From: Trueperaceae bacterium
Lineage (GTDB): Bacteria > Deinococcota > Deinococci > Deinococcales > Trueperaceae
Assembly (NCBI GenBank): GCA_965213705.1
Contig: OZ243913.1
Coordinates: 4,182,950 to 4,246,949 of the forward strand
Reading direction: 5' to 3'
DNA: 64,000 nt
Made by a program: the position numbers and the translations under genes
The notes under the pieces: generated by a model
What the model was told of the DNA's origin: nothing
The model's database searches: none
Seen by the model: only the letters and a program-made list of their open reading frames with translations
Part shown: positions 8,796-18,691 of the stretch, in pieces
Layout of the letters: every line of letters begins with the position of its first letter
Numbering within the stretch: the stretch's first letter is position 1

Positions 8796-10733
8796 TCAGT
8801 TGAGGGTTGCCAACTGAACCTCTGGGCTCAGCTTCAACTGCGCGCGGCTCAGACAAGCCGTAACGTCCGCGGGGGCGAGCGGGCGAGCGAAAAAGTAGCC
8901 CTGGCCTTGCTGGCAGCCGAGCGAGCGCAATAGGTCGCGTTGCGCCGCCGTCTCGATGCCCTCGGCGACGATTTTGAGGTCGAGGGCCGCCGCCACGGCG
9001 ACTACCGCTTGCACCAGCGCGACGCTGAAGTGAGACGTACCCGCAGGCGTCGCCAGTTCCGTGACGAACGACCTGTCTATCTTGACCGTGTCGATAGCGA
9101 GGCGGTTGAGGTAAGCCAAAGACGAGTAACCGGTGCCGAAGTCGTCCAGGGCGACGCTGACCCCGAGACCCCGCAGTTTTAACAAAGCCGCGTTGACGGC
9201 GGCGGGGTCGGTCAACAAGACGCTTTCGGTGAGTTCGATTTCTAGGCTGTTTCCGTTCAGGCCGTTGCGGTTCAGCGTCTCTTGTACGAGGCCCGCGAAA
9301 TCAGGCTGGGCGAACTGAAAAGCCGAGACGTTGACGTTGACGCGCAGCGCCGTAAACCCGGAGCGGTGCCAGTCCCGAAGTTGTCGGCAGGCCGACTCCA
9401 GTACCCAGGTGCCCAAGGGCAGAATCAAACCGTGTTCTTCGGCCAACGGCACGAACACCGTGGGCGGAACGGTTCCCTTGTGCGGGTGGTCCCAGCGCAA
9501 CAGCGCCTCGACACTGACGAACGCCCCGGTGACCAGGTCGGTGACGGGTTGAAAAGCGAGGTGCAGCTCGCCCTGCTCGAGCGCCCCCCGCAAGTCTTGG
9601 GCGAGGTGTTGGCTCGCCGTGCGCTGCCGGGCCATGCCCTCGCTAAAGCGCCGCACCCCGTTTTTGCCACTCCGCTTGGCCTCGTACATGGCGTTGTCGG
9701 CGTTGCGTAACAAGTCGGCACCGTCGTCCGGAAAAAAGCTCACCCCGATAGACACGGAAGTTCGCTGCCACTGGCCCTCCAAGTGAAAAGGCTGGCGCAG
9801 CAGGTCGCCCAAGCGCTCGACCATGTTTATACCGGCCTGCACCTCTTTTACGTCGCGCAGCAACAGCACGAACTCGTCACCGCCCAAACGCGCCACGACG
9901 TCGCCCGCACGCACGTGACGGGAGAGCACCCGGCCCACCTGCCGCAAGAGGTCGTCCCCCGCGCCGTGCCCCAAACTGTCGTTGACGCTCTTAAAACTGT
10001 CTAAGTCGATGAAGGCCACCGCGAACCGCTCACCTTCAGCCGCGCATAGCGCTTCTTTTAGAACCTGCTCGAAATAGGGCCTGTTGGCAAGACCGGTCAG
10101 GGTGTCGGTCGCGGCGCGCGCTTCCAGGACCTCGGCTTTGGCCGCCGTTCTTTCAAAGTCCAAACGCAGGGCGTTGAAGCTGATGACCAGCACGGCGCAG
10201 GTGAGGTTGGCGAGGTTGAGCTGCAGCAACGCGTAAAGGACGGGGTAGTCCGGCTGGCCCCACGTCGTTATGAAATAGGCCGAACTGATGAGCGTAAAAA
10301 CGGCGAAAAAACTCGTGGTGAGCCGCCGCGCACCGGTCATACCGGGCACGAACGCAGCCAGGATGTAAACGGCCGGCACCCAAAACAGCGACTCGGTCAT
10401 CTCGTTGAGGATGAACTGCGGGTTGGGATAAAGAAACAAGATGTGAAAAAGCTTGGCGGCAAAAAAAAGGCTGGCTCCCACAGCGATGACCGTCGCGGTA
10501 AGGGCGGTGCTGACGCGCTTGCGAATAAACAGCCAGTCGATTGCCAAAAGCGCCGCCGCCATAAGCGGGTACGCGACGCTGTCAAAAAGAGAGGTCTGAC
10601 CGCTCGGCCCTTCCAAAAGCGAAGCCGCCACGAACGCCAGCGCGGGCACGGGTAAGGCGCTCTCGACGACGGCCTCCCACCTGAGCTGTGCGGACTTTTT
10701 GCGGGGGGTTCGGTTGTAAAAAGGCAGCTTCAC
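8796..10733 (-). CDS. Membrane-anchored diguanylate cyclase/phosphodiesterase (GGDEF + EAL)
   Basis: N-terminal TM helices; DTLTGLANR, RLGGDEF, VEALLRW, LDDFGTGYSSL, KIDRSF and AEGIET motifs. Confidence 0.92.
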   Translation of the reverse strand: MKLPFYNRTPRKKSAQLRWEAVVESALPVPALAFVAASLLEGPSGQTSLFDSVAYPLMAAALLAIDWLFIRKRVSTALTATVIAVGASLFFAAKLFHILFLYPNPQFILNEMTESLFWVPAVYILAAFVPGMTGARRLTTSFFAVFTLISSAYFITTWGQPDYPVLYALLQLNLANLTCAVLVISFNALRLDFERTAAKAEVLEARAATDTLTGLANRPYFEQVLKEALCAAEGERFAVAFIDLDSFKSVNDSLGHGAGDDLLRQVGRVLSRHVRAGDVVARLGGDEFVLLLRDVKEVQAGINMVERLGDLLRQPFHLEGQWQRTSVSIGVSFFPDDGADLLRNADNAMYEAKRSGKNGVRRFSEGMARQRTASQHLAQDLRGALEQGELHLAFQPVTDLVTGAFVSVEALLRWDHPHKGTVPPTVFVPLAEEHGLILPLGTWVLESACRQLRDWHRSGFTALRVNVNVSAFQFAQPDFAGLVQETLNRNGLNGNSLEIELTESVLLTDPAAVNAALLKLRGLGVSVALDDFGTGYSSLAYLNRLAIDTVKIDRSFVTELATPAGTSHFSVALVQAVVAVAAALDLKIVAEGIETAAQRDLLRSLGCQQGQGYFFARPLAPADVTACLSRAQLKLSPEVQLATLN

Positions 10734-11025
10734 AGGCGAAGTTTAGCGGCCCTGCTCTTACAAGAAACTTAAAGCGAGTACCCGCCGCGCTGTTCCTTTC
10801 AGCGAAGACAGACCCTGCGGTCGGGCTCGCCCAACACCGTCCCGGTTCTCTTTTTCGGCACCCCGTTTCCGCCCGACTCCGGGTGGCACATCCAGGTTGG
10901 GCACGAACCTGTTACCCTGCGTCCATGACCGAGCCGCCCGCCGAAACAAACCTCGGGACCGCACCCGCCATCGCACCCCAAAGACCTTGCGCAAAAAGCC
11001 CCGCTCCGCGGCGTTGGAGCGCGCG

Positions 11026-11625
11026 GTGAGCGCCGCCGACCGCAGCGCACGTCGGGACGAGGGCCGGGATAAAAACCTCGAGGTGTGGTTGCGCGGACCC
11101 GTCGCCGGGGTAGTGCCCCTGTTGCAGCCCGTCGCGCACGCGCTGTTGCAAGCTCGAGAAGAAGTAGAAGACTTCCTCGAAAATTTTCCCGACGCGCTGC
11201 TGTGGGAACGGCCTGCGGGCGTTGCCTCGGTCGGGTTTCACTTGCAGCACTTAGCGGGCGTGCTGGGGCGGATGCTGACCTACGCGCGCGGTGAAAGTTT
11301 GCACGAGGCGCAACTCGCGGCCCTAGCCAAAGAAGGCGAAGCCGCGCCCGACCTGACGACAAAGGTGCTGCGCGAGCGTTTCGACGCCAAGGTCGACACC
11401 ACGCTCGCGGCACTGCGGGCGAACAGTGGCGAGACGCTGCTCGAGCCGCGAGCAGTGGGTCGGGCACGGTTGCCCTCGACCGAGTTGGGGTTGCTGTTCC
11501 ACGCCGCCGAGCACACGCAACGGCACGTGGGGCAACTGTTGGTGACGGCGCGGTTGGTGACTGCTCAGGCGGTACAAGCTCAGGCGGTGCAAACTCAGGC
11601 GGTGCAAGACCGCGCCCAACGCTAG
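11026..11625 (+). CDS. DinB family protein
   Basis: EVWLRGP, SVGFHLQHLAG and LLFHAAEHTQRHVGQ metal triad; GTG 11026 follows GGAG (start inferred). Confidence 0.8.
   Translation: MSAADRSARRDEGRDKNLEVWLRGPVAGVVPLLQPVAHALLQAREEVEDFLENFPDALLWERPAGVASVGFHLQHLAGVLGRMLTYARGESLHEAQLAALAKEGEAAPDLTTKVLRERFDAKVDTTLAALRANSGETLLEPRAVGRARLPSTELGLLFHAAEHTQRHVGQLLVTARLVTAQAVQAQAVQTQAVQDRAQR
11563..11607 (+). repeat. 15-bp tandem repeat x3 encoding AQAVQ-AQAVQ-TQAVQ at the DinB C-terminus
   Basis: GCTCAGGCGGTACAA GCTCAGGCGGTGCAA ACTCAGGCGGTGCAA. Confidence 0.85.
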
Positions 11626-12478
11626 AGGGTGTTATGAACTCAATCGCTAAACTAAAGAATGACAAGGAAAGGTTATCCGAGTGATGTCGGCGATGAAGAA
11701 TGGGCTTTTGTAGCACCGTACTTGAGCTTAATCAGAGAAGACGCCCCACAACGAAGTTATGACCTACGAGAGGTGTTTGATGCTTTGAGATGGATGGTTC
11801 GCTCAGGCTCACCTTGGCGCTATTTACCTGGTGACTTCCCACCTTGGGAAGCGGTATATCAGCAAAGCCAAAGGTGGTTAAAAGCAGGCGTGTTCGAGGA
11901 GATGACCCACGACCTACGAAGCCTGCTGAGACGGCTGAAAGGACGAGGAGAAAACCCAACAGCGACGGTGTTTGATGGACGCACCTTACAAAGTACGCCT
12001 GAGAGTGGCGAACGTGCGGGCTATGACGGACACAAGCGTAAGAAAGGCTCTAAAGTCCATCTGGCAGTCGATACCTTGGGTCTACTCTTAGCCCTTGTCG
12101 TTACACCTGCAAACGAACAAGAACGCCATCAGGTTGAAGCGCTTGCCGAGCAAGTTCAAACCATAACTGGAGAATCCGTCGAGGTTGCGTTTGTAGACCA
12201 GGGCTACACAGGTGACGACGCAGCCGAGGCGGCTAAAAGCCAAGGCATTCGGCTCTTCGTTGTTAAACACGAAGAAGCTAAGAAAGGCTTCGTTTTGCTA
12301 CCCAGACGCTGGGTCGTAGAGCGTTCCTTTGCCTGGACATCCCGACTCAGGCGCTTAGCCCGTGACTATGAACGACTGCCTGAAACCCTTGCTGGGCTGC
12401 ATTTCTTAGCTTTCTCTATGCTCATGCTTAAACGCTTAGCCCCTTTTTTAACTCTTCCGGCTAGTTCATAACACGCTC
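11625..12478 (+). mobile_element. IS5-family insertion sequence, 854 bp, apparently intact
   Basis: 16-bp terminal inverted repeats GAGGGTGTTATGAACT (11625-11640) and AGTTCATAACACGCTC (12463-12478), one mismatch; TA duplicated at 11623-11624 and 12479-12480 in a CTAG target; lower GC. Confidence 0.92.
11659..12471 (+). CDS. IS5-family DDE transposase
   Basis: YPSD...[39 protein letters not shown] and [10 protein letters not shown]...RRLARDYE motifs. Confidence 0.95.
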   Translation: MTRKGYPSDVGDEEWAFVAPYLSLIREDAPQRSYDLREVFDALRWMVRSGSPWRYLPGDFPPWEAVYQQSQRWLKAGVFEEMTHDLRSLLRRLKGRGENPTATVFDGRTLQSTPESGERAGYDGHKRKKGSKVHLAVDTLGLLLALVVTPANEQERHQVEALAEQVQTITGESVEVAFVDQGYTGDDAAEAAKSQGIRLFVVKHEEAKKGFVLLPRRWVVERSFAWTSRLRRLARDYERLPETLAGLHFLAFSMLMLKRLAPFLTLPASS

Positions 12479-12495
12479 TAGAGGTCGGCCCGAAT

Positions 12496-13047
12496 CTAAT
12501 GTTCTTTGTTGTCAACCTCGGGCGGCGGGCGGTCTGCCCGAAAAGCCACGGCCGCGTACAGCTCACGCGGCCCGTAGCGCGAGGGTCGGCGCTTGAACTC
12601 GCGGGGTTCGCTCAAACCCACGCGGCGCGCAAGGTCCGCAAAACGCGCGGGCGGCACAGGGTAAGGAATCCACGGCGTGGCGCGCTGCAGGTCGTACTCG
12701 ACCAGGAGAAACGTGCCGCCCGGAACCAGGTCACCTACCACCTGACGCAGCACCCGTTCTTGCCGCCCGACAAAGTGGAGCGAGTTCGCCATCAGGACGC
12801 CGTCCAGCGGACCGAGCCTGAGCGGTTTTGCAAAGTCGGCTTGCACACCGCGAATCTCGGCCCCGCCCGCGAAGTTTGTATCCGTCAGCGCGGGGCGACG
12901 GTCCACGGCGTAGACGAGACCCGCGGGTCCCAACAGGTCCGCCAGCGCCCGCGTAAACGTGCCCGAGCCCGCCCCGAGGTCGGCCCAAACGCCGCCGCGC
13001 TTGGTAACACCGCTTCGGACGAGGCCGGTCGCTTCTTCGTGCGTCAC
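12496..13047 (-). CDS. Class I SAM-dependent methyltransferase
   Basis: WADLGAGSGTFT, YAVD and DGVLMANSLHF motifs. Confidence 0.85.
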   Translation of the reverse strand: MTHEEATGLVRSGVTKRGGVWADLGAGSGTFTRALADLLGPAGLVYAVDRRPALTDTNFAGGAEIRGVQADFAKPLRLGPLDGVLMANSLHFVGRQERVLRQVVGDLVPGGTFLLVEYDLQRATPWIPYPVPPARFADLARRVGLSEPREFKRRPSRYGPRELYAAVAFRADRPPPEVDNKEH

Positions 13048-13160
13048 CGTTTGTGGGTCATATTTTCAACCTCGCCAAGGGGCTGGCTATGGGTCGTCTT
13101 CGTGCCCCTTTTGTTTGAGGGGTTAGCTAAAGGGTTTCCGGAGCGCCCGAGATGTCTTCG

Positions 13161-13745
13161 TCAAGTAGCGTTTTCTCTGGCAACGTCTTCTCTGGCAACG
13201 CCTTCTCGAGCTGCGTCTTCTTGGGTAACGGCTTCTGTGGCAAAGTCGAACGCCGCGACGAACGCCCACGGGCCGCCTAAGTAGCGCCACAGCTCGAGAC
13301 CGAGGGCGCTACCGCCGAGCGGGTGCCAGGTGGCGGACAGGTGTTCGTACAGCGCCTGCGCTCGTTCCTTGGACACCTTGTTTTGCACCGTCACGTGCGG
13401 CCGGTAGCCTTGCCGGTCTTGGCGGGTCAGCCAGGGTTCCCACCCGGCCCTGAGACGTGCGCGCACGGCGAGCAGACCGGGGCTCTCGAGCTTGACGAAC
13501 ACCCCCTTGCCCCAGTGCCCTACGCCGGGCAGCGTGACGCCGAGCGGCGGGGTTGCCGCCGCAACCTCGCTCAAGTCCCGGCGCAACGCCACCTCGCGGT
13601 CACCCGGCAGCGCGTGAAACAAGGTGACGTGCGCGGCTAAAAAGTTGCGCTCCGGCGGAAAGTGCTCGTGGCGAAGGGCATCGAGAACGCCCTGCAGGCG
13701 CGGCTCGAGCCGCAGCGTGAGGATAAAAGGCTGCTCCGGGTTCAT
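13161..13745 (-). CDS. 2H phosphoesterase (2'-5' RNA ligase family)
   Basis: Two HxT motifs (AHVTLF, PHVTVQNK); C-terminal 5-aa repeats. Confidence 0.85.
   Translation of the reverse strand: MNPEQPFILTLRLEPRLQGVLDALRHEHFPPERNFLAAHVTLFHALPGDREVALRRDLSEVAAATPPLGVTLPGVGHWGKGVFVKLESPGLLAVRARLRAGWEPWLTRQDRQGYRPHVTVQNKVSKERAQALYEHLSATWHPLGGSALGLELWRYLGGPWAFVAAFDFATEAVTQEDAAREGVAREDVARENAT
13170..13245. repeat. Degenerate 15-bp tandem repeat encoding EAVTQ-EDAAR-EGVAR-EDVAR
   Basis: TCTCTGGCAACGTCT TCTCTGGCAACGCCT TCTCGAGCTGCGTCT TCTTGGGTAACGGCT. Confidence 0.75.
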
Positions 13746-14032
13746 AGCCCTCATTTCACGGCGCATTTCTTGTCGCCGCCCCGCGGTAGGTTACATTCGG
13801 CGAGCTGCTTTCAGTGGCCTTCCTGCAAAAGCATCAAATGTAAAGGGGATTTGCAAGTCTAACGCAGGTCTAGTCAAGCTGAACAGCGGTGCGCGCAAGG
13901 TGAGCGGATGACTTTGCGGTCACCTTGTAAGCTGAGCCGTACCCTGCAGGACGCCGGGCGGGTTTATACTGTTTTTTTGTCGGCTTGGGGCGGTTCGCCC
14001 AGAACCTGGGCCGGCCCGGGGGTCTTTTCGTC

Positions 14033-15517
14033 ATGTCTTCAACCCTAACAACACGTCTCCACCGTACTTTTTGGCTGCTGCTGTTCGTGGTTTTCCCGCT
14101 CGCTTACGTGCCCGCCCCGGTGCTCGAGCGCCTGCCGCAAACCTGGGTGAGGTTTCCCAAGGGCGAGCAGCCGGACGCCTTTATCCCTAAAATCGTCGTC
14201 TTCGTCGTGGTGTGGCTGCTGGGCGCAGGCTTAGCCGGGGCGAGCTTGCGGGGGCGAGGGCAACCGCTGCCCCCGGCGGCGCGGCGAACCCTGGCGTGGT
14301 GCGCCGCCTTCGTCGGGGTTTTGCTGGCCTCGAGCTTGTTCACAAGTTCTTACTCGAACGTGGTCCTGCCCTACCTGGGCAACCGCCTGGAGGGTGTGCT
14401 GCTCACCCTGTTCGAGGCCGCCTGGTACAGCTTTACCCCGCTGGCGGCCGTGCTCGCCGCGCAGCGCGTCGTGTCCCTGAACTTTTTGCTGAACGCGGTG
14501 GTCGTCGGCGCGCTCGCGGTCGGCGGGTGGACCCTGGCCGAGGCTTACGGCTTCGCGCCGCTGGCCCTCGTTGTGCCGGGCTCGAGCGTCGGCGGCAACT
14601 TGCGGGCCACGCTGGGCCACCAGGGCTACGTCGCGGCCTACCTCGGGGTGGCCCTGGTGTTCTGGACCGTGTGGCGGGTGTTGACGAAGCTGCGCCCCCT
14701 GGACGTCGTCGCCGCGGCGGGGCTGGGTGCCGGTCTGGTGGCGAGCGGCGGCCGGGCCGGTCTGCTCGCGGCCGTGCTGGTCCTTTCTTTGTTCGGCCTT
14801 TACACGCTGCGCTTCGCCGCTTACCGAAAGACGGTCGCCGGTCTGTTCGTCGTTTTGAGTTTGGTGGGTTGGGGGGTGGTGCGCACCTCCGGGCACGCCC
14901 AGACCCGCCTGGAGCGCGTCGCCACCGCGGTGCAGGGCGACGACCCGAGCGTCCAGCACCGGTTTCTGTTTTGGCGGCTCGCCCTCAAGGCCATTCCCCA
15001 AAGCCCGTTGGTGGGTTACGGGCCTTACTCTTTTTCGAGCGTCGCCTGGCGCGTGGCCGACCCGCAAGACGCTCGAGCCCTCATCGGCGACTTTTTGCCG
15101 ACCGAGCTGGCGCAGGACGCGGTGCGCGTGGGCAAGATAGCTTTTTACCAAGACCCAACGACACAGCGCCTGCACGCCAAGGTCATGAACCCCTACGCGG
15201 TTCACAACTACCTGCTCGACCTGAGTCTTGCCAGCGGTCTACCCGCCGCGCTGCTGTTCGTCGCGTTCGTGGCGGTTTGCGCCCGGCAACTGTACCGGCG
15301 CCGGACGCCACTCGCCACGGCCGCGCTGCTCGCGCTGACAACCTACCTCGTTTACGGGCTGTTCTGGTTTCCCACCCACCTGGTCGACCCACTCGTCTGG
15401 AGTTTGGCGGGCCTCGGTCTGGTCGGCCGCGAAGCCGCCGCGCAGCCCGAGGCCCGCCGTCCGGGGTTGGCGGGGCGCGGGGCGGTTTACGGGCTCGAGC
15501 GGGCACCCTCGGGCTAG
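14033..15517 (+). CDS. O-antigen ligase / Wzy_C family membrane protein
   Basis: Many TM helices; ATLGH, SGGRAG, RFLFW...A...SPLVGYG and VHNYLL motifs. Confidence 0.8.
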   Translation: MSSTLTTRLHRTFWLLLFVVFPLAYVPAPVLERLPQTWVRFPKGEQPDAFIPKIVVFVVVWLLGAGLAGASLRGRGQPLPPAARRTLAWCAAFVGVLLASSLFTSSYSNVVLPYLGNRLEGVLLTLFEAAWYSFTPLAAVLAAQRVVSLNFLLNAVVVGALAVGGWTLAEAYGFAPLALVVPGSSVGGNLRATLGHQGYVAAYLGVALVFWTVWRVLTKLRPLDVVAAAGLGAGLVASGGRAGLLAAVLVLSLFGLYTLRFAAYRKTVAGLFVVLSLVGWGVVRTSGHAQTRLERVATAVQGDDPSVQHRFLFWRLALKAIPQSPLVGYGPYSFSSVAWRVADPQDARALIGDFLPTELAQDAVRVGKIAFYQDPTTQRLHAKVMNPYAVHNYLLDLSLASGLPAALLFVAFVAVCARQLYRRRTPLATAALLALTTYLVYGLFWFPTHLVDPLVWSLAGLGLVGREAAAQPEARRPGLAGRGAVYGLERAPSG

Positions 15518-15824
15518 GCTCGGAGACACGTCTGGAAACACCCCGACTTTCTGCGGTTTTCCGGTTTATGGCTTTCACTCAACTCACGCGAGCTTGTGGT
15601 GAGTGGCTTGTAGCGTGTAGAAAACCACAAGCTACTGTCTACATGCTTTTATATACTTCAAACCTCAGCGGTCAACGCTCTAAAAGCGTTTCACAAAGAC
15701 TCTGGTACACTGTGACCTCGGTACGCCGTCTTTCGTTCACCGGGGGCTGTGTGGGCTTTGTTCGCACCCCTGTTCAGACCGGCCTGAAAAGCCGCCGCAC
15801 AAGGTATTTACACAAAGGAGAGGT

Positions 15825-17138
15825 ATGAACATCGCCATTTTTGGACTGGGCTACGTCGGCTGTATTTCGGCCGCTTGCTTGGCGCAACAGGGCCACCGGG
15901 TTTACGGGGTCGACGTCAGCGGCACCAAAGTCGACCTTGTCAACGCGGGCAAAAGTCCCATCATTGAACATTCCATCGACACCATCATCGCCGAGCAGGT
16001 CGGCGCCGGGCGGCTGTCCGCGACGACCGACGCGGCGGCGGCCGTCGCCGCCACGGAGCTGGCGCTGGTGTGTGTAGGCACGCCCAGCCAGCCCAACGGC
16101 GACCTGGACTTAAGTTACGTCCGCCACGTGTCCGAAGACATCGGCCGGGCGTTGCAGGAACACACCGGTTTCTACGTTGTGGCGGTGCGCAGTACGATGC
16201 TGCCGGGCAGCGTCCACGGGGTCGTGGTGCCGGCCCTCGAGACCGCTTCGGGAAAGCGTGCGGGGCAGGACTTCGGCGTGTGCATCAACCCCGAGTTTTT
16301 ACGCGAGGGGACGGCCGTCGCCGACTACCAAAACCCGCCCTTTACCCTCATAGGGGCCGACGACGAGCGCACCGCGAACCTGGTCGCCAACCTGTACGCG
16401 CCCTTGGACGCGCCGCTCTACACCACCAGCGTCGCCGCGGCGGAAATGGTGAAGTACACCAGCAACGCCTTCCACGCGCTGAAGATAAGCTTCGCCAACG
16501 AAATCGGCTTGTTGTGCAAAAGTGTCGGCATCGACAGCCACACGGTCATGGACATTTTTACCAAAGACACCCAGCTCAACATCTCCGACAAGTACCTCAA
16601 ACCCGGCTTCGCTTTCGGCGGCTCGTGCCTGCCCAAAGACGTGCGGGCGATAACCTACCGCGCCAAAACCCTCGACCTGGAGTTGCCTGTTCTGAAAGCG
16701 ATTTTGCCGAGCAACGACGCCCACATCGAGCACGCGCTGCGCTTGGTAGAGAACCTCGGCAACAAGCGCGTCGGTCTGCTTGGGCTCAGCTTCAAGGCCG
16801 GCACCGACGACTTGCGCGAGAGCCCGGTGGTCACGTTGGTAGAAAAACTGCTCGGCAAAGGCTACGACTTGCGTATTTACGACCGCAACGTGTCGTTGGC
16901 GGCCATCATCGGGGCCAACAAACGCTACATCGAGCAAGTTATCCCGCACATCTCGTCGCTGCTCGTGCCCGAGATAGGGGACGTTTTGGGGCACGCCGAG
17001 ACCCTCGTCGTCGGCAACAACGCGCCCGAGTTTCGGGAAGCCTTGCAGCGTGTGCGGCCCCAACAACAGGTCGTCGACCTCGTCCGGCTGACCGACGAAG
17101 GGGCGTCGTTGGACAATTACCAGGGCATTTGCTGGTGA
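15825..17138 (+). CDS. UDP-glucose/GDP-mannose 6-dehydrogenase family (AlgD-like)
   Basis: GLGYVG, CVGTPS, NPEFLREG, FGGSCLPKD and FKAGTDDLRESP motifs; C-terminal GICW; AAGGAG RBS. Confidence 0.92.
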   Translation: MNIAIFGLGYVGCISAACLAQQGHRVYGVDVSGTKVDLVNAGKSPIIEHSIDTIIAEQVGAGRLSATTDAAAAVAATELALVCVGTPSQPNGDLDLSYVRHVSEDIGRALQEHTGFYVVAVRSTMLPGSVHGVVVPALETASGKRAGQDFGVCINPEFLREGTAVADYQNPPFTLIGADDERTANLVANLYAPLDAPLYTTSVAAAEMVKYTSNAFHALKISFANEIGLLCKSVGIDSHTVMDIFTKDTQLNISDKYLKPGFAFGGSCLPKDVRAITYRAKTLDLELPVLKAILPSNDAHIEHALRLVENLGNKRVGLLGLSFKAGTDDLRESPVVTLVEKLLGKGYDLRIYDRNVSLAAIIGANKRYIEQVIPHISSLLVPEIGDVLGHAETLVVGNNAPEFREALQRVRPQQQVVDLVRLTDEGASLDNYQGICW

Positions 17139-18382
17139 TGGCCACCTCGCTCGACCCGCTGAGTCCGAAAGCCCCGCTCGACATCGTCGTCGTCGCGCCT
17201 AGGTTCCCTTTTCCTTTGGACCGGGGCGACCGGTTGACGGTCTACAACCTGCTGAAGTTTTTTTCGCAGCGTCACAAGGTGTCGCTGGTGTGTTTTTTAG
17301 AAGCCGACCAGGACCCGGACTGGGTGAGTAAGCTCGAGCCTTTTTGCGAGCGCGTCGTCACCGTGCCGCTGAGCAAGACGCGCGTTTACGCGAACTCGCT
17401 GACCGGCGCGCTGGGCAGCGTGCCCTTGCAGGTGCGCTACTACGCCGACCCGGCCATGACCAAAGCGGTAAACGACCTGGTCGCTACCCAAAAACCCGAC
17501 CTGCTTTACGCCCACACCATCCGTATGGGTCAGTACGTCGAGCCTTTTCACAACCTGCCGCGCGTTTTAGCCATGCAGATTTCGATGACCCTGAACTACC
17601 GCCGCTTGGCCGAGCGCGCCAAAAACTTGCTCCGAAAAAGTCTTTACACCCTGGAATACCGCAAGCTGCGCGCTTTTGAAGGTCGTTACGCCCGTAAGTT
17701 TGACAAGGTGTTACTCATCTCACCTCACGACTTGCGCGCTATAGAGCGCGACGCGCCCCAAGACAACGTGTTTTTCAGTCCCCACGGCGTAGACTACGAC
17801 TTTTTCGCGCCCGACCCGGCCGCGAAAAAAGTGCCGAACTCGCTCGTCTTCACCGGCAACATGGGTTACGCCCCCAACGTCGACGCCGCCCGCTTTTTTT
17901 ACGAACAGATTTTCCCTTTCGTTCGCGAGCAAGTGCCGGACGTCACCTGGACCGTCGTCGGGACCAACCCCGCGCCCGAAGTCGCGGCGTTGGCCGCCGA
18001 CGCGGCCGTCACCGTGACCGGCCGCGTCCCCGACCTGCGCGACCACCTCAACCGGGCGCAGGTCGCTATCGACCCTTTGCGCGTCGGAGCGGGTTTGCAG
18101 AACAAGGTCCTGGAAGGCATGTCGACAGGGCTGCCGATGGTCATTACCTCGGTCGCCAACGAAGGTATTCAGGCGCCCCACCCCGACACGCTCCTGATAG
18201 CCGACGAACCGAACATGTTCGCGCAACGCGTCGTCGAGCTGTTGCAAGACGCGGACAAGCGCCGCCGTATGGGCGAAGCGGCTAGGGCCTTTATCATCGA
18301 ATACTGGTCGTGGGAGAAGCACTTTGAGGACTTGGAAACGGTGCTGGGCGACCTCGTGCTCGAGCACGGCCGAAAGACCTGA
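17138..18382 (+). CDS. GT4 glycosyltransferase
   Basis: ATG overlaps the upstream TGA; RFPFPLDRGDRL, HGVD, FTGNMGYAPNVDA and GLQNKVLEGM motifs. Confidence 0.88.
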   Translation: MATSLDPLSPKAPLDIVVVAPRFPFPLDRGDRLTVYNLLKFFSQRHKVSLVCFLEADQDPDWVSKLEPFCERVVTVPLSKTRVYANSLTGALGSVPLQVRYYADPAMTKAVNDLVATQKPDLLYAHTIRMGQYVEPFHNLPRVLAMQISMTLNYRRLAERAKNLLRKSLYTLEYRKLRAFEGRYARKFDKVLLISPHDLRAIERDAPQDNVFFSPHGVDYDFFAPDPAAKKVPNSLVFTGNMGYAPNVDAARFFYEQIFPFVREQVPDVTWTVVGTNPAPEVAALAADAAVTVTGRVPDLRDHLNRAQVAIDPLRVGAGLQNKVLEGMSTGLPMVITSVANEGIQAPHPDTLLIADEPNMFAQRVVELLQDADKRRRMGEAARAFIIEYWSWEKHFEDLETVLGDLVLEHGRKT

Positions 18383-18478
18383 ACCTTCGTCCATACACAC
18401 GTTTGCAAGCACGCCTGAAAGCACAACCCTTCACAAACCGGGACCCGACCGGGGTCAGCAGCTTGCATCCAGCAAGGC

Positions 18479-18507
18479 TTTACACACTACATCTTGTATG
18501 TTAGGCT
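18479..18507 (+). promoter_or_regulatory. Sigma70-type promoter (TTTACA-17-TAGGCT, extended TG) with an NrdR box ACACTACATCTTGTAT (18484-18499) in the spacer
   Basis: Close match to NrdR consensus acaCwAtATaTwGtg upstream of nrdJ. Confidence 0.7.
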
Positions 18508-18691
18508 TGCCGAGCTGTTACGGAAGGTAGACGACGCAGGTGCATCCGGGAACAACGGGACAGAGCGGGTCAGTCCAAATGTGGGTTCTCGAAAAGGGTG
18601 CAGCTAAGGCGGACGCACGTGGTGCACAAAGCTCGAGCGGGGGCAACTCCACGGTCAAGAAACACCTACCACAGGTTTACCCGGTGAGCTA

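Noticed and set aside
13161..13745. 2H proteins as anti-CBASS or RNA-repair system components
   Set aside because: No associated ligase, cyclase or phage genes; ordinary stand-alone 2H family members
14212..15828. 538-aa alternative-frame ORF
   Set aside because: Arg/Gly/Ala-rich shadow of the ligase gene, expected at high GC
16070..17137. N-terminal 356 codons of the 770-aa ORF (apparent fusion)
   Set aside because: Out-of-frame overlap with the dehydrogenase; the GT4 starts at ATG 17138
18510..18690. Cobalamin riboswitch upstream of nrdJ
   Set aside because: No recognisable B12-box or conserved core could be found by eye
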